60,214 nucleotides of DNA. Origin: an uncultured Oscillospiraceae bacterium. GTDB lineage: Bacteria; Bacillota; Clostridia; Oscillospirales; Oscillospiraceae. The first letter of the stretch is position 1. Each line of letters begins with the position of its first letter. The translations under genes and the position numbers were made by a program. Where the stretch lies: the NCBI GenBank assembly GCA_949916125.1, contig CATLEJ010000001.1, forward strand, positions 1-60,214. The letters are read 5' to 3'. This document shows, in pieces, positions 47,539 through 58,961 of the stretch. The notes under the pieces were generated by a model, which searched no databases, was not told the origin of the DNA, and was given only the letters and a program-made list of their open reading frames with translations.

Positions 47539-49392
47539 ATGCCTCAACAGTTTATCATCCTGATCGTCGCCGCGGTGGCCCTGCTGGTCATTGGCGGCGT
47601 TTCTTTTTTGTCCGGGCGGGGTTCCCTGGACAGCATCAAGTCCAAACCCGTGGGCGACGGCCAGCACGGCACCGCCCGCTGGGCCACTCCACAGGAAATC
47701 AGCAAAACCTTCGCCCGCGTCCCCTTCCAACCAGCCCAGTGGCGGCAGGGCAAGGAGCTGCCCCGTGCCCAAGGGCTGGTGCTGGGCTCCCAGGGGAAGA
47801 AAGGCAAAATCACCGCCCTGGTAGACAGCGATGACATTCACTGCCTGATGATCGGCGCGTCCGGCGTGGGCAAAACGGCCTTCTTCCTGTACCCCAATCT
47901 GGAATATGCCTGCGCCTGCGGTATGAGCTTCCTGGCCCTGGACACCAAGGGAGATCTGGCCCGCAACTACGGGGCCATCGCCCAGCGGTGCTATGGCTAC
48001 GCGGTGTCGGTAATCGACCTGCGCAATCCCACCCGCTCAGACGGGTTCAACTTTCTGACGCTGGTGAATGCCTACATGGATCAGGCGGTGGCCCACCCGG
48101 ACGATCTGGCGGCGAGGGCCAAGGCGGAGAAGTACGCCAAGATCCTCTCCAAGACCATCATCAGCCCGGACGGCGACAGCGGCAGCTATGGGCAGAACGC
48201 CTTTTTTTACGATTCCGCCGAGGGGCTTCTCACCGCCGTGATCTTGCTGCTGGCGGAGTTTTTGCCGCCCAGGGAGATCGACGGCCAGCCCCGGGAGCGC
48301 CGCCATATCGTGTCGGTATTCAAGCTGGTGCAGGATCTGCTGGAGCCCTCCGGCACCAAGGGGAAAAGCTGTTTTCAGGTGCTGATGGGACGCCTCCCCT
48401 CCGAACATAAGGCCCGGTGGTTCGCCGGGGCGGCGCTGAATACCTCGGAGCAGGCCATGGCCTCGGTGTTGTCCACGGTGTTGTCCCGGTTGAACGCATT
48501 CCTGGACACGGAGCTGGAGCAGACTATCTGCTTCGACAGCCCGCTGGACGCCGAGACCTTCGCCAGCCAGAAGTCCGCCATCTTCCTGATCCTCCCCGAG
48601 GAGGATCAGACCAAGAATTTCATGGCGGGATTGATGATCCAGAATTTGGCGCGGGAGCTGTTCTCTGTGGCAGACGAGAACGGGGGCAAGCTGAAGAACC
48701 GGGTGGTGCTGTTCTGCGACGAGCTGGGCACCATGCCGCCCTTTGACATCCTCCCGCTGTTCAGCGCGGGCCGTTCCCGGCGTTTGACCCTGGTACCCAT
48801 CATCCAGTCGCTGGCGCAGTTGGAGAAGAACTACGGCAAAGAGGGCTCGGAGATCATCCAAGATAACGTACAGGACACCATCTTCGGTGGATTCGCGCCC
48901 AACAGCCAGACCGCCGACGTGCTGTCCAAGGCCCTCGGTAGCTACACGGTGCAGTCCGGCTACATCAGCCGGAGCAAGGGCGAGGACAGCCGGACGCTCC
49001 AGATGGGGGAACGGCCTTTGATGACCCCGGACGAGCTGAAGTCCATCCCCAAGGGGGAGTTCGTGGTGATGAAAACCGGGTCGCATCCGATGAAAACCCG
49101 GCTCCGGCTGTTCCTGGACTGGGGGATCACCTTCGGGGAGCCCTATCAGACCCCGGAGCATGGCCAGCGGAAGGTGTACTACGCCGGACGGCAGGAGCTG
49201 GAGGAAGCCATTAAGCAGAAGTTTTTGCTCGGTGCGGATGATACGGAAAAAGACCGCTCCCGTCAATGGGAGCGGTCTTCTCAGAAGCGTGGCATGCCCG
49301 CCCAACAGGAAGCCCAAGCGGGCCAGCCGCTGGCAACAATCCCGAACTTTATGAAAAAGCAGGATGGGCCGCCGCCCAAGGAAGGAGGATGA
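47539..49392 (+). CDS. virD4: VirD4/TraG type IV coupling protein
   Basis: N-terminal TM, HGTARW, GASGVGKT, DTKGDL, FCDELG, IQSLAQL, RPLMTPDEL. Confidence 0.93.
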   Translation: MPQQFIILIVAAVALLVIGGVSFLSGRGSLDSIKSKPVGDGQHGTARWATPQEISKTFARVPFQPAQWRQGKELPRAQGLVLGSQGKKGKITALVDSDDIHCLMIGASGVGKTAFFLYPNLEYACACGMSFLALDTKGDLARNYGAIAQRCYGYAVSVIDLRNPTRSDGFNFLTLVNAYMDQAVAHPDDLAARAKAEKYAKILSKTIISPDGDSGSYGQNAFFYDSAEGLLTAVILLLAEFLPPREIDGQPRERRHIVSVFKLVQDLLEPSGTKGKSCFQVLMGRLPSEHKARWFAGAALNTSEQAMASVLSTVLSRLNAFLDTELEQTICFDSPLDAETFASQKSAIFLILPEEDQTKNFMAGLMIQNLARELFSVADENGGKLKNRVVLFCDELGTMPPFDILPLFSAGRSRRLTLVPIIQSLAQLEKNYGKEGSEIIQDNVQDTIFGGFAPNSQTADVLSKALGSYTVQSGYISRSKGEDSRTLQMGERPLMTPDELKSIPKGEFVVMKTGSHPMKTRLRLFLDWGITFGEPYQTPEHGQRKVYYAGRQELEEAIKQKFLLGADDTEKDRSRQWERSSQKRGMPAQQEAQAGQPLATIPNFMKKQDGPPPKEGG

Positions 49393-49396
49393 TACT

Positions 49397-49654
49397 TTGG
49401 CCTACTATGAATCCATCTACAACGACCAAGAGCTGAGCCACCGGGCCAAGGCGGTGTACATCTACCTGAAGGATCACGCCAACAAGGAGGGTACCTGCTG
49501 GCCTGGGATCAAGACCATCGCCTCTGGGGTGAGTTTGTCCCGCTCGACCGTGAAGCGTGCGCTGGACGATTTGGTGAGGGCGGGGCTGGTAGAGAAGGCC
49601 CGCCGATGGAGGGGGAATGGGAGTTTGTCTTCCAACCTTTATCAACTACTATGA
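49397..49654 (+). CDS. HTH_36-like helix-turn-helix protein
   Basis: AKAVYIYL...CWPGIKTIA...SRSTVKRAL..L...SNLY. Confidence 0.8.
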   Translation: MAYYESIYNDQELSHRAKAVYIYLKDHANKEGTCWPGIKTIASGVSLSRSTVKRALDDLVRAGLVEKARRWRGNGSLSSNLYQLL

Positions 49655-49736
49655 AGTCTATGGGTGCGAAAATTACACACACTGATTTGAACGGCCAAGA
49701 TTAGACGTGAGGGAAACCATCAACCTCCTCCGTATT

Positions 49737-50438
49737 TTATAGTGTCTCCAGCACCTCATCCGCTGTGGCCCGGATATTCAGCATTGCCATATTATCGAAC
49801 TGGGTGTTTTTTGGATTGATCTGGACGATTTTTGTGCCTCGCCTGAGATAAGGGTAGTACACCTGCCCATAGCTTCCCTCCGCGCCGATAATAAGAGCCA
49901 CATCTGCGTAAGCCGCCCAACTCCTGGCCTTTTCCACCTCACGATCCAGCAGACCAATGTGCTCGTATACCGGAAAGGCCGCCATCAGTCCACCGCAATC
50001 CGGGCAGCGGGGGCACTTTCCCTGATTCCAAATTTGCACATCGTCACAGTGCTTCCCACAGCTCAGGCATTTGTTTACGCCGAAGCTCCCCTGGATCTCC
50101 GCCACGTTTCTGGAACCCGCCAGGGTGTGCAGGCAGTCGATGTTGGTGGTGATGATCCCCTGGATCAGCCCCTGTTTTCCCAGTTCCGCCAGCTTTCGGT
50201 GGGCCAGCGTGGGGCCGTTTTCAAACATAGGCCCCAAAAACGCCTTGCGCGCCATTTTATAATAGTGTTCCGGCGTTCTTTTCAGCACAGTCATGGAGGT
50301 CATCTGCATCACCACCGGGAAATTCATTCCGGCGAAGCCCATGATTCCGGCAGGCACTGAAATACCCGCACCTGTTATTGCTATGGTAAAGTGACTGGTA
50401 TCCAGCAGTTTTTTCATAGTCAATATTTTTTCGTCCAT
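49737..50438 (-). CDS. Sir2/CobB-family NAD-dependent deacylase
   Basis: TGAGIS, TTNIDCLH..AG, CxxC...CxxC, QINP. Confidence 0.9.
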   Translation of the reverse strand: MDEKILTMKKLLDTSHFTIAITGAGISVPAGIMGFAGMNFPVVMQMTSMTVLKRTPEHYYKMARKAFLGPMFENGPTLAHRKLAELGKQGLIQGIITTNIDCLHTLAGSRNVAEIQGSFGVNKCLSCGKHCDDVQIWNQGKCPRCPDCGGLMAAFPVYEHIGLLDREVEKARSWAAYADVALIIGAEGSYGQVYYPYLRRGTKIVQINPKNTQFDNMAMLNIRATADEVLETL

Positions 50439-50447
50439 ATGCTTTCC

Positions 50448-50672
50448 TCAAAAGAACCAGTTGACACAGGCCAATACAACACCCAAAGCACAAAGCGAGG
50501 CTCCGGTCACTTGGTTTTGCTTTTTTGCGTCTACTTTGTTTGCGAAAAGAGCAGAGGCCCTCGCACCAATCAGGGCAAACGCAATGCAGAGTACCAATGC
50601 GGTAATAATATTAGGGATACCGCCGATGGCTATGTGCGCAACCGCGCCAGTCAATGCCGTGAATGCCAGCAT
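50448..50672 (-). pseudogene. C-terminal remnant of a TauE/SafE (TSUP) transporter
   Basis: FTALTGAVAH...LIGA..SALFAN; only 74 aa, 5' part absent. Confidence 0.55.
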
Positions 50673-50683
50673 TTTATCTCCCC

Positions 50684-52513
50684 CTATGACGCCTGTTCAA
50701 ACTGGCTGTTGTAGAGCTGGGCGTAAAAGCCGCCCCAATCCAGCAGCTCCCGGTGGGTTCCGCTCTCGATGATATCGCCGTCCTTCATCACCAGGATGAG
50801 GTCGGCGTTTTTGATGGTGGACAGGCGGTGGGCAATGACGAAAGAGGTCCGCCCCGCCATCAGTTTGTCCATGGCCGCTTGGATCAGCACCTCGGTGCGG
50901 GTGTCCACCGAGCTGGTGGCCTCGTCCAAGATGAGCATGGGTGCGTCCTCCACCATGGCTCGGGCAATGGTCACCAACTGGCGCTGTCCGGCGGACAGGC
51001 TGGCGTTGTCGTCCAGAACCGTGTCATAACCCTGTGGCAGGGACAGGATGAAACGGTGCAGCCCCACCGCTTTGCAGGCGGCGGATACCTGCTCATCCGT
51101 CACCCCCTGCTTGGCGTAGACGATGTTTTCTCGGATGGTGCCCTCAAAAAGCCAGGTGTCCTGCAGCACCATGCAGAACAAATTGTGGACGTTTTCCCGG
51201 GTGAGTTCCCCGATGGGCACGCCGTCGATACGGATCTGGCCGCCCTGGGTCTCATAGAACCGCATGAGCAGATTGACCATGGTAGTCTTGCCCGCCCCGG
51301 TGGGGCCCACGATGGCAATTTTCTGCCCGGACTTCACATTTGCGGAAAAACCGTGGATGACAGGCTTGGCAGGGTCGTATCCGAAACGGACGTGGTCAAA
51401 GTCTACGCGGCCCTCCACCTGATCCAGCCGAGCAGTTTTCCCACTCTCATCCGTTAGTTCCTCCTCATCCAGGAAGGTAAAGACCCGCTCGCTGGCCGCT
51501 GCCGCGCTCTGGAGGCTGGTGGCCGCCTGGGCAAGCTGGCTCAGCGGCTGGGTGAACAGGCGCACGTACAGCATGAAGGCCACGATTACGTCGAAGCCAA
51601 TAGCGCCGTTCAGCGTCAGCACCGCCCCGGCGACGCACACCGCCACATAACCCAGGTTGCCTACAAAACCCATCAGCGGCTGCATCAGGCCGGACAGGAA
51701 TTGGCTTTTCCAGGCGGAATCGTACAGCCTCCGGTTCATCCGCCGGAACTGTTCTTTGGCGTCGGCCTCACCGCCGTAGGCTTTGACCACGGTGTGGCCG
51801 GAGTAGGTCTCCTCGATGTGGCCGTTCAGCGCCCCCAGCTCCATCTGCTGCTGCCGGAAGAAGCCCTGGGAGCGGGATACGATGAGCATCATCAGCCCGA
51901 ACCCTGACACGGCGGCGAGGACCGCGGCCAGGGCCATCACCCAGTTAGTATAGAACATCATGATGAGGGAGCCCAGGAACATGGCGCAGGCCGTCACCAG
52001 GGTGCCCACACTCTGATTCAGGGTCTGGCCAATGGTGTCCACATCGTTGGTCACCCGGGAGAGGATGTTGCCGGTGCTGGTGGTGTCGAAGTAGTTCAGC
52101 GGCAGACGGTCAAATTTTTGGGAGATGTCCGTGCGCAGCGAGCGGGATACCCGCTGGGTCACCGCAGCCATGATCTGTCCCTGGACGATGCTGAACAGCC
52201 AGCCCAGGCCGTACAGTACCGCCAGCAGCAGGGCGATGCGCGCCACAGCCTCCACGTCAATGCCGGTCATGAGGCCCTCCGTCATGAGCCGGGTCATTTC
52301 CGCCACCCGGCCCGGGCCGATGAGGTTCAGGATGGAGCCGGCCATGGCCAGCACCATGGCGGCGATGACGGCGGGAAGCCAGGTTCGGCAGTAGCCCGCC
52401 AGCCGCATCAGGGAACCCCGGAAGTCTTTAGCCTTCTCCCCGCCGCCCATCCTCCCGCCCGGGCCGTGCCGGGTGCCGTGGACGCGGGCGGGTTCTCTTT
52501 TTTCGTCAGCCAT
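50684..52513 (-). CDS. ABC exporter, fused permease/ATPase
   Basis: GPTGAGKT, LSAGQRQ, LDEATS. Confidence 0.93.
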   Translation of the reverse strand: MADEKREPARVHGTRHGPGGRMGGGEKAKDFRGSLMRLAGYCRTWLPAVIAAMVLAMAGSILNLIGPGRVAEMTRLMTEGLMTGIDVEAVARIALLLAVLYGLGWLFSIVQGQIMAAVTQRVSRSLRTDISQKFDRLPLNYFDTTSTGNILSRVTNDVDTIGQTLNQSVGTLVTACAMFLGSLIMMFYTNWVMALAAVLAAVSGFGLMMLIVSRSQGFFRQQQMELGALNGHIEETYSGHTVVKAYGGEADAKEQFRRMNRRLYDSAWKSQFLSGLMQPLMGFVGNLGYVAVCVAGAVLTLNGAIGFDVIVAFMLYVRLFTQPLSQLAQAATSLQSAAAASERVFTFLDEEELTDESGKTARLDQVEGRVDFDHVRFGYDPAKPVIHGFSANVKSGQKIAIVGPTGAGKTTMVNLLMRFYETQGGQIRIDGVPIGELTRENVHNLFCMVLQDTWLFEGTIRENIVYAKQGVTDEQVSAACKAVGLHRFILSLPQGYDTVLDDNASLSAGQRQLVTIARAMVEDAPMLILDEATSSVDTRTEVLIQAAMDKLMAGRTSFVIAHRLSTIKNADLILVMKDGDIIESGTHRELLDWGGFYAQLYNSQFEQAS

Positions 52514-54261
52514 AGTTCAATTCCTCCTTGGAAAGTTGAGATTCGGCAATCTCCCGGTAGACCGGGCAGGAAACCAAAAGCTCGCGGTGCCTGCCTCTGC
52601 CCACCACCCGGCCTTCGTCCAGCACGATGATCTGATCGGCGTCCAGAATAGTGCCCACCCGCTGGGCTACGATGAGGGTGGTGGCGGCACCCGCCTCCTT
52701 TTTCAGCGCCCCGCGCAGGGCCCGATCCGTCCGATAATCCAGGGCGGAGAAGGAGTCGTCGAAGATGTAGATCTCCGGGCGGCGGTACACCGCGCGGGCA
52801 ATAGACAACCGTTGCCCCGGACAGGTTGCTCCCGCCCTGAGCCATGGCGGCCCCTTCCTTTCCCTCCATTTCGCGCACAAACTCTCCAGCCTGGGCAGTG
52901 TCCAGGGCATTCCAAAGCCGCTCGGAGCTGGCCTGCCCCCGGCCATCGTCCCCATAAGTCACGTTAGAGGTCACCGTTCCCCGGAACAACACCGCCCGCT
53001 GGGGCACATAGCCCAGCTTGCGCCGCAGGGCGGCCTGGGTATAGTGCCGGACGTTGATGCCGTCCACCAGGATCTCGCCCCCGGTCACGTCATAAAACCG
53101 GGGGATGAGGTTGACCAGGGTGCTCTTACCGCTGCCGGTGGAGCCGATGAAGGCCACGGTCTCCCCCCGGTGGGCGGTGAAGCTCACGTCATGGAGCACG
53201 TCCTGGGTACTGCCGGGGTAGCGGAAACAGACGTGCCGGAACTCCACCTCTCCCTGCTCGAACAGCTCGGAGCCCGCCGCGGGGCCGTCGGTGATCCTGC
53301 TCTCTGTGTCCAGCACCTCGTTGATGCGCCGGGCGGACACCATGGCCCGGGGCAGGACGATGAAGGTCATCACCAGCATCATGAAGGCCATAATGATCTG
53401 CATGGCATAAGAGGAGAACACCACCATATCGGAGAACACAGCCAGCCGGCCCGACGGGGCAGCGCCATTGATGAGGTGCGCCCCGATCCAGTAGATGGAG
53501 AGGGTCAGTCCGGACATGATAAGGGTCATGCCGGGGAACAGCACGGACATGGTACGACTGGTGAACAAGCTGGTGTCGGTAAGGGCCTGGTTGGCCTGCT
53601 GGAACTTGTCCTTCTGGTAGCCCTCGGCGTTGTAGGCCCGCACCACCCGAATGCCGGTGAGGTGTTCCCGAGCCACCCGGTTCAGTCTGTCGGTGAGCTT
53701 CTGCATATTTTTGAATTTGGGCAGCACCAGGGCGATCACCGTGCCCAGCATGGCGGCCAATACGGCCACCGCCGCGCCTGTGGCCGCCGTCCACTGCCAA
53801 CTTTTGCCCGAGATTTTCAGGATGGCCCACACCGCCAGGATCGGGGCCTTGAGGATTGCCTGGAGGCCCAGGGCGGCAAACATCTGGATCTGCTGCACGT
53901 CGTTGGTGGTGCGGGTGATGAGACTGGCGGTGGAGAAGCCGCCCAGTTCCTCCATGGAGAAGTCCATGGTCTTATCATACACCGCCTCCCGCAGCCGCAT
54001 GGCCAGCCCCGCTGCGATCCGGGCTACGAAATAGCCCACGACAGCGGATGCCGCCAGACTGCCCAGGGCGCACAGCAGCATGGAGCTCCCCGCCTCCAGT
54101 ACCGCCCCCAGTTCACTGCCGGGGGTCTGTACCAGGGTGGTGATTTCCCGCATATAGTCGGGAAGCCTCAGATCCAGCCACACCCCGCATACGATGAACC
54201 CCAGCGCACACAGTGCATAGAGCCAGTCCCTGCGATTCAAATAGTTCAGCAATTTCAGCAT
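52506..54261 (-). pseudogene. ABC exporter partner subunit, frameshifted in the signature motif
   Basis: GSTGSGKS; frame breaks at GGSNLSG (about 52815) and resumes QRLSIARA...FDDSFSALD in another frame. Confidence 0.85.
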
Positions 54262-54316
54262 ATGGCATCTCCTTCCGGCAGACAGAGCGGCGCGTTGTGC
54301 GCCGCTCTGCTCCGCA

Positions 54317-57118
54317 TTATTCCGCGCGCAGCGCCGCCACGGGGTCCTTTTTTGCGGCGGCACGGGAAGGGATCAGTCCCGCGATGACTGTGATAGCCAT
54401 ACTGAGCGCCACCAGCAGCAACGCCGCCGTCCAGGGCAGGGACGCGGTCAGTCCGGCTGTTCCCAACAGGGTTTGAATGATGGAGTTGACCGGGATGGTG
54501 AGCAGCATGGACACGCCCACACCCAGTAACCCGGCCAGCAGGCCCACGAGGATGGTCTCCGCGTTGAACACTTGGGCGATGTTGGATTTGGACGCGCCCA
54601 TGGCCCGGAGTATGCCGATTTCCTTAGTGCGCTCCATGACGGAGATATGGGTGATAATGCCGATCATGATGGAGGACACCACCAGTGACACCGCCACAAA
54701 GGCGATAAGTACGTAGGAGATCACATCAATGATGGAGCTCACCGAGCCGGTGAGCAGGGCCACATAGTCTGTGTAGGTGACCTGTTCCGCTTCGTCCCGG
54801 CCCTCGTTGTAGCTCTGGATGCAGGCGGATACCGCCTCCTTGTCCTCAAAGCTGTCTGTGTAGATGCTGATAGAGGCGGGGGCGTCATAGCTGGCCGAGC
54901 CGAAGGCGGTCATATTTTCCTCGTAGGACGCGCCCTCCACGTAGATGCGGTAGGCGGACAGCAGGATCTCCTGATCGGGTTCATTCTCAAGCCATAGATC
55001 CAGCGCGCCGGCCAGGGCGGCTTCGTCCTGAAGCTCCCGGCCCTCCAGAGCGGCCTGCTGGCGGGGCGGCATAGCCGTACCCTGGGGGTGGGTCTCGCCG
55101 CTCTGGCTTCCTCCGGCCTGCCGCTCCAGGATCATCCCATACATGGCGGCTTTATCGGAGACACCAAGGGATGACAAATAGCGCACGGCATCCTCAGCTT
55201 TTTCCCCGTCTGTTTCCGCCTCAAAGCGCAGGCCGTTCAGAATATTGACCTCCGGCGTCCGCTCTTGAGCGAGCACCACCGGGCTTTGGCTGGTGTGGTC
55301 CATCACATAGTCGGTGAGCAAATGGGTGTAAGCCACCGGCCCGTCGGCGTCGGCGTTTTCCGCGCCCTCCACGGGACGGATCACCCCGACGATTTTCAGC
55401 TCTACCGCCTGTTCCAGCAGACCCTCGATCTCCATGGCGCCGTCGGCGAGGGTAAAGGTGCCGTCCCCGTTTTCACGGTACAGGTCACAGGCGGGAAGAA
55501 GGTAAAATGTGTGGCCGCAGGCAGTTTCGTAGTCCCAAAACCGCTGATCCGCCGCCTGCCCGTTGCGGATCTGCTCCGTGATTTCCCGGTACTCGTCCCC
55601 GGTGAGGAAGCCAAGCTGGTACAACGCCCCGGCGGGGATAGAACCGTCCTCGTCCAGCACCAACACCACCTGGTCATATTGTTCCGGCCAGCCGCCCCAT
55701 GCCACCTCATAGCTCTCCTGGAGAATGGGGCTCACCGGCCCGCCGTCGGGAGCGGGCATCATTTGGGAGAAGTTCTCCGCCCCGCCGCTGGAGCCGCCCA
55801 TCATGGCGCTCATACGCTCCATGTTTGCCGCCGGGCCGCCCGCCATGGAGGAACTCTCCCCGGTGAGGCTGGAGGCTCCCGCTTCGTCCACATCGGCATC
55901 GGAGGCCACCAGTGTGCCGCCGCTGTCCCGAGAATAGATGCCGAAGCGCACATCATAGCCGTACACCACGCCGTTTTCCCCCAGATACGCACGGATCTCG
56001 CTGTCCGGGTCGTCCAGGTAGCGTTTGAAAGTGGTCAGATCGTTCTCCTTGATGTTGCCGGCCATGGCCTCGCTGCGCTCCAGATCGCCGTACCCGGCAT
56101 AGATCCCGGGGCCGCGCTCAATAGGGCCGCTGTCCTGCCCGCCCCGCATACCGCCCCGGGTGCCCATCACCCCGGACATATCCACCGCCTGGGTGCTGAT
56201 GGTGATGGGGTAGGAGGACATGGTGCTGCGCTGGATGCCGTCGATGTAGCCGTTCACCCCGCTGGACAGAGCCAGGATCAGGGCGATCCCGATGATGCCG
56301 ATGGATCCGGCAAAGGCGGTGAGGAGAGTGCGGCCCTTTTTGGTGCGAAGGTTATTGAAGCTGAGCGACAGGGAAGTGGCAAAGGACATTCTGGCCCGGC
56401 CCAGGCTGCGGGCCTCGGGCTGGGCCGCCGCTTCCCCCTGAGGACACGGGTTGCTGTCATCGACGATCTTCCCGTCCCGGAGCCGGACGATGCGGGTGGA
56501 ATACCGCTGGGCCAGCTCACCGTTGTGGGTAACCATCACCACCAGCCGCTTTTCCGCCACCCGTTTCAGCAGCTCCATCACTTGTACGCTGGTTTCACTG
56601 TCCAGCGCCCCGGTGGGTTCGTCGGCCAGCAGAATATCCGGGTCGTTCACCAGGGCGCGGGCAATAGCCACCCGCTGCATCTGCCCGCCGGAGAGCTGGT
56701 TGGGCCGCTTGTGGGCCTGCCCGCCCAGCCCCACCTCCTCCAGTGCCTTCTGCGCCCTGGTCCGCCGCTCCGCCTTGGGTACGCCGCCAATGGTGAGGGC
56801 CAGCTCCACGTTGGTCAGGATGGACTGATGGGGAATAAGATTGTAGCTTTGAAATACAAATCCGATGGTGTGATTGCGGTAGGCGTCCCAGTCCCGATCC
56901 TTATACTCCCGGGTCGAGACGCCATTGATGATGAGGTCGCCGCTGTCGTAGCGGTCCAGCCCGCCGATGATGTTCAGCAGGGTGGTTTTGCCCGAGCCGC
57001 TGGGGCCCAGGATGGAGACAAATTCATTGCGGCGCAGGTTCAGGCTTATGTTGTCCAGCGCCTGCTGGATCAGCTCGCCGGTCTGATAGCGTTTGGAAAT
57101 GCCGCTGAGTTGAAGCAT
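54317..57118 (-). CDS. MacB/FtsX-type ABC transporter, fused ATPase-permease
   Basis: [39 protein letters not shown]. Confidence 0.93.
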   Translation of the reverse strand: MLQLSGISKRYQTGELIQQALDNISLNLRRNEFVSILGPSGSGKTTLLNIIGGLDRYDSGDLIINGVSTREYKDRDWDAYRNHTIGFVFQSYNLIPHQSILTNVELALTIGGVPKAERRTRAQKALEEVGLGGQAHKRPNQLSGGQMQRVAIARALVNDPDILLADEPTGALDSETSVQVMELLKRVAEKRLVVMVTHNGELAQRYSTRIVRLRDGKIVDDSNPCPQGEAAAQPEARSLGRARMSFATSLSLSFNNLRTKKGRTLLTAFAGSIGIIGIALILALSSGVNGYIDGIQRSTMSSYPITISTQAVDMSGVMGTRGGMRGGQDSGPIERGPGIYAGYGDLERSEAMAGNIKENDLTTFKRYLDDPDSEIRAYLGENGVVYGYDVRFGIYSRDSGGTLVASDADVDEAGASSLTGESSSMAGGPAANMERMSAMMGGSSGGAENFSQMMPAPDGGPVSPILQESYEVAWGGWPEQYDQVVLVLDEDGSIPAGALYQLGFLTGDEYREITEQIRNGQAADQRFWDYETACGHTFYLLPACDLYRENGDGTFTLADGAMEIEGLLEQAVELKIVGVIRPVEGAENADADGPVAYTHLLTDYVMDHTSQSPVVLAQERTPEVNILNGLRFEAETDGEKAEDAVRYLSSLGVSDKAAMYGMILERQAGGSQSGETHPQGTAMPPRQQAALEGRELQDEAALAGALDLWLENEPDQEILLSAYRIYVEGASYEENMTAFGSASYDAPASISIYTDSFEDKEAVSACIQSYNEGRDEAEQVTYTDYVALLTGSVSSIIDVISYVLIAFVAVSLVVSSIMIGIITHISVMERTKEIGILRAMGASKSNIAQVFNAETILVGLLAGLLGVGVSMLLTIPVNSIIQTLLGTAGLTASLPWTAALLLVALSMAITVIAGLIPSRAAAKKDPVAALRAE

Positions 57119-57177
57119 GGATACCCGTCCTTTCTACAGCGCGGATGGCTCCGCTGTATCTTCTATTGTGGAGGGAT

Positions 57178-57218
57178 AACCTCAAGCCAACCTCAACCGA
57201 ACCTCAACTCAACCTCAA
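57178..57218 (-). promoter_or_regulatory. four direct repeats TTGAGGTT, 11-bp period (OmpR-family operator)
   Basis: AACCTCAA at 57178, 57189, 57200, 57211. Confidence 0.8.
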
Positions 57219-57227
57219 TTTTCAGAA

Positions 57228-57788
57228 TTATTTTTTGTCGGGTTTGCGCTCAATCTTGAAAATCACGCCGGCAAGCCCGAATGAAAACCATTTCAGCAGC
57301 CTTTTCAACTCCTCCGCCGAAAACTCCGCTCCATAATACAAGATATCGTACAGTTCCCCGTACTCCCGCATAGAATAGCCGGAATCCCCGAAACCGTTTT
57401 TTTGATAAAATTTCTGCCTCCGTACTCGCTGCTCCAGGTTGGATACAGGTCTGCCGGATTCGATCGCTTCCGCATCCAGGACAATCGTTTTCGTTGTGTT
57501 TGCCGTGATCCAGCCCAGGATCTCCGAACCATATCCTCTGGAGCGAAGTTCGTCGTTCGTCACAAGGTAAAATACCAGCGTGGTGCTTCCGTATCGGATC
57601 AGATAGGTCAGTCCGCAGAAAATGTCCCCGTCGTAGAACGCCCAAAAATCCACGTTCTTTCTTCGCGCCATCAGGAGCAGGACACGGATGGGCAGACGCT
57701 CCCGCCGTGGGAACGCACCGTTGTATATTCGTGCTATTTCCGAATAGCCCTCCATCCGAGAGGTGACCGGCCTGACTTGCAGCTCCAT
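57228..57788 (-). CDS. GNAT-family acetyltransferase
   Basis: LRSRGYGSEIL, FYQKNGF. Confidence 0.88.
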   Translation of the reverse strand: MELQVRPVTSRMEGYSEIARIYNGAFPRRERLPIRVLLLMARRKNVDFWAFYDGDIFCGLTYLIRYGSTTLVFYLVTNDELRSRGYGSEILGWITANTTKTIVLDAEAIESGRPVSNLEQRVRRQKFYQKNGFGDSGYSMREYGELYDILYYGAEFSAEELKRLLKWFSFGLAGVIFKIERKPDKK

Positions 57789-57791
57789 TGG

Positions 57792-58166
57792 CTAACCTCC
57801 CTTTGCGGTCGTGTGCCTCCGTCCATGCATCCACACATGAGCGATGACCAGCGCCAGGAAAAGCAGTGCGGAAAGCCGGTGGATCAGGGTGGCGAAGCAA
57901 AGGCCGCTGACCACCGCCGCCAGCAGATCAGCCAGCAGCAGTAAATTAACCGCTGTACGAAGCCTCCGCGGGCGGTCATACCGTCCTTTTCCCAGCGACC
58001 TCCACCAAGGCAGGTTCAGCAGATTGTGGATAAGCGCCAGCACAAGCATTCCCGCCCCCAGCAACATATGGGCCGCGATTCCCGTCCGCTCCGCCGCCAT
58101 CAGCAGAACCGACACTACCAGCATGGTGATGTCCACGCAGAGCTTCCCGATTTTTTTGGCACGCAT
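57792..58166 (-). CDS. DUF4405-like cytochrome-b-type membrane protein
   Basis: Four TM helices each with His (AHM, IHN, IHR, AHV). Confidence 0.65.
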   Translation of the reverse strand: MRAKKIGKLCVDITMLVVSVLLMAAERTGIAAHMLLGAGMLVLALIHNLLNLPWWRSLGKGRYDRPRRLRTAVNLLLLADLLAAVVSGLCFATLIHRLSALLFLALVIAHVWMHGRRHTTAKGG

Positions 58167-58193
58167 TCAGATCCACCTCCACAAGAGCCTGGC

Positions 58194-58916
58194 TTATATG
58201 ACCAGCCCGGCCCGTTTCAAAAATTCCTTCACCCCGTCCTCACTCCGGGCGGATAGGCCATCGACCACTTCCGCCCCTGGGCAGGCGGCGGCAATTTGCT
58301 CCGGCCCGGAGCCAAGCCCCAGGGCCTGGCTGGTGGCGATGGGCAGGATGGTTTTACCGGAGAAATCGTATTCCTCCAGGAAGGACAAAACCGGCTGGGG
58401 CAGGCCGCTCAGCCAGTTGGGGTAGATCAGGATCACCGTGTCGTATCCTTCCACGCTGTCCAAGTGCTCCGTCAGCTCCGGGCGGTGGGACGTGCCCATC
58501 TCACTGCGGTGGCGGTCAAAAGCCCCGCCATATGTCTCCGGGTAAGGCTCGGCTGTTTTGATGGGGAACAGGTCGCCTCCTGTAGCCTCTTGGGCCGCCA
58601 GGGCGTACAGCTCCGCGTGCCCGTAACCCTTCCCCTCCCGAATGGCGAGACTGGCGGAGGCCACAGCGTCTACCTCCCCATCCGGATATGCCCGGTTGTT
58701 GGCGATGGAGAAATAGGCGATCAGCACATTGCTCTCCCCTGTGACCGACATCTCGCCCGCAGAAATGTCTACAGGGGCAATTCGTTTTGCCAGCGGATTG
58801 GGGAAAAAGGTGCAGTAAAAGACGCCTATCCCCACCACGGCGGCGGTCACCAGGGCTGCCGCCACGCCGATGCCGATCTTTTTGCCCCTGCTCAGAGGTT
58901 TCTTTTCTTTGCTCAT
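58194..58916 (-). CDS. membrane-anchored flavodoxin
   Basis: VLIAYFS, YDTVILIYPNW, YDFSGKTILPIATS. Confidence 0.85.
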   Translation of the reverse strand: MSKEKKPLSRGKKIGIGVAAALVTAAVVGIGVFYCTFFPNPLAKRIAPVDISAGEMSVTGESNVLIAYFSIANNRAYPDGEVDAVASASLAIREGKGYGHAELYALAAQEATGGDLFPIKTAEPYPETYGGAFDRHRSEMGTSHRPELTEHLDSVEGYDTVILIYPNWLSGLPQPVLSFLEEYDFSGKTILPIATSQALGLGSGPEQIAAACPGAEVVDGLSARSEDGVKEFLKRAGLVI

Positions 58917-58961
58917 AAAAAATCACCGTCCCTATGTTGTTTCCCGCAAGCATACGCCGGC

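Noticed and set aside
31798-50438. Thoeris-like SIR2 + SLOG defence system
   Set aside because: The genes are 18 kb apart, the Sir2 is a Zn-binding CobB-type deacylase, and no TIR gene is seen.
52806-52825. Programmed frameshift in the ABC gene
   Set aside because: Conserved signature residues are missing, which recoding could not restore, and there is no slippery heptamer.
57178-57218. CRISPR array
   Set aside because: Repeats are 8 bp with 3-bp spacers and there are no cas genes; this fits a response-regulator operator.
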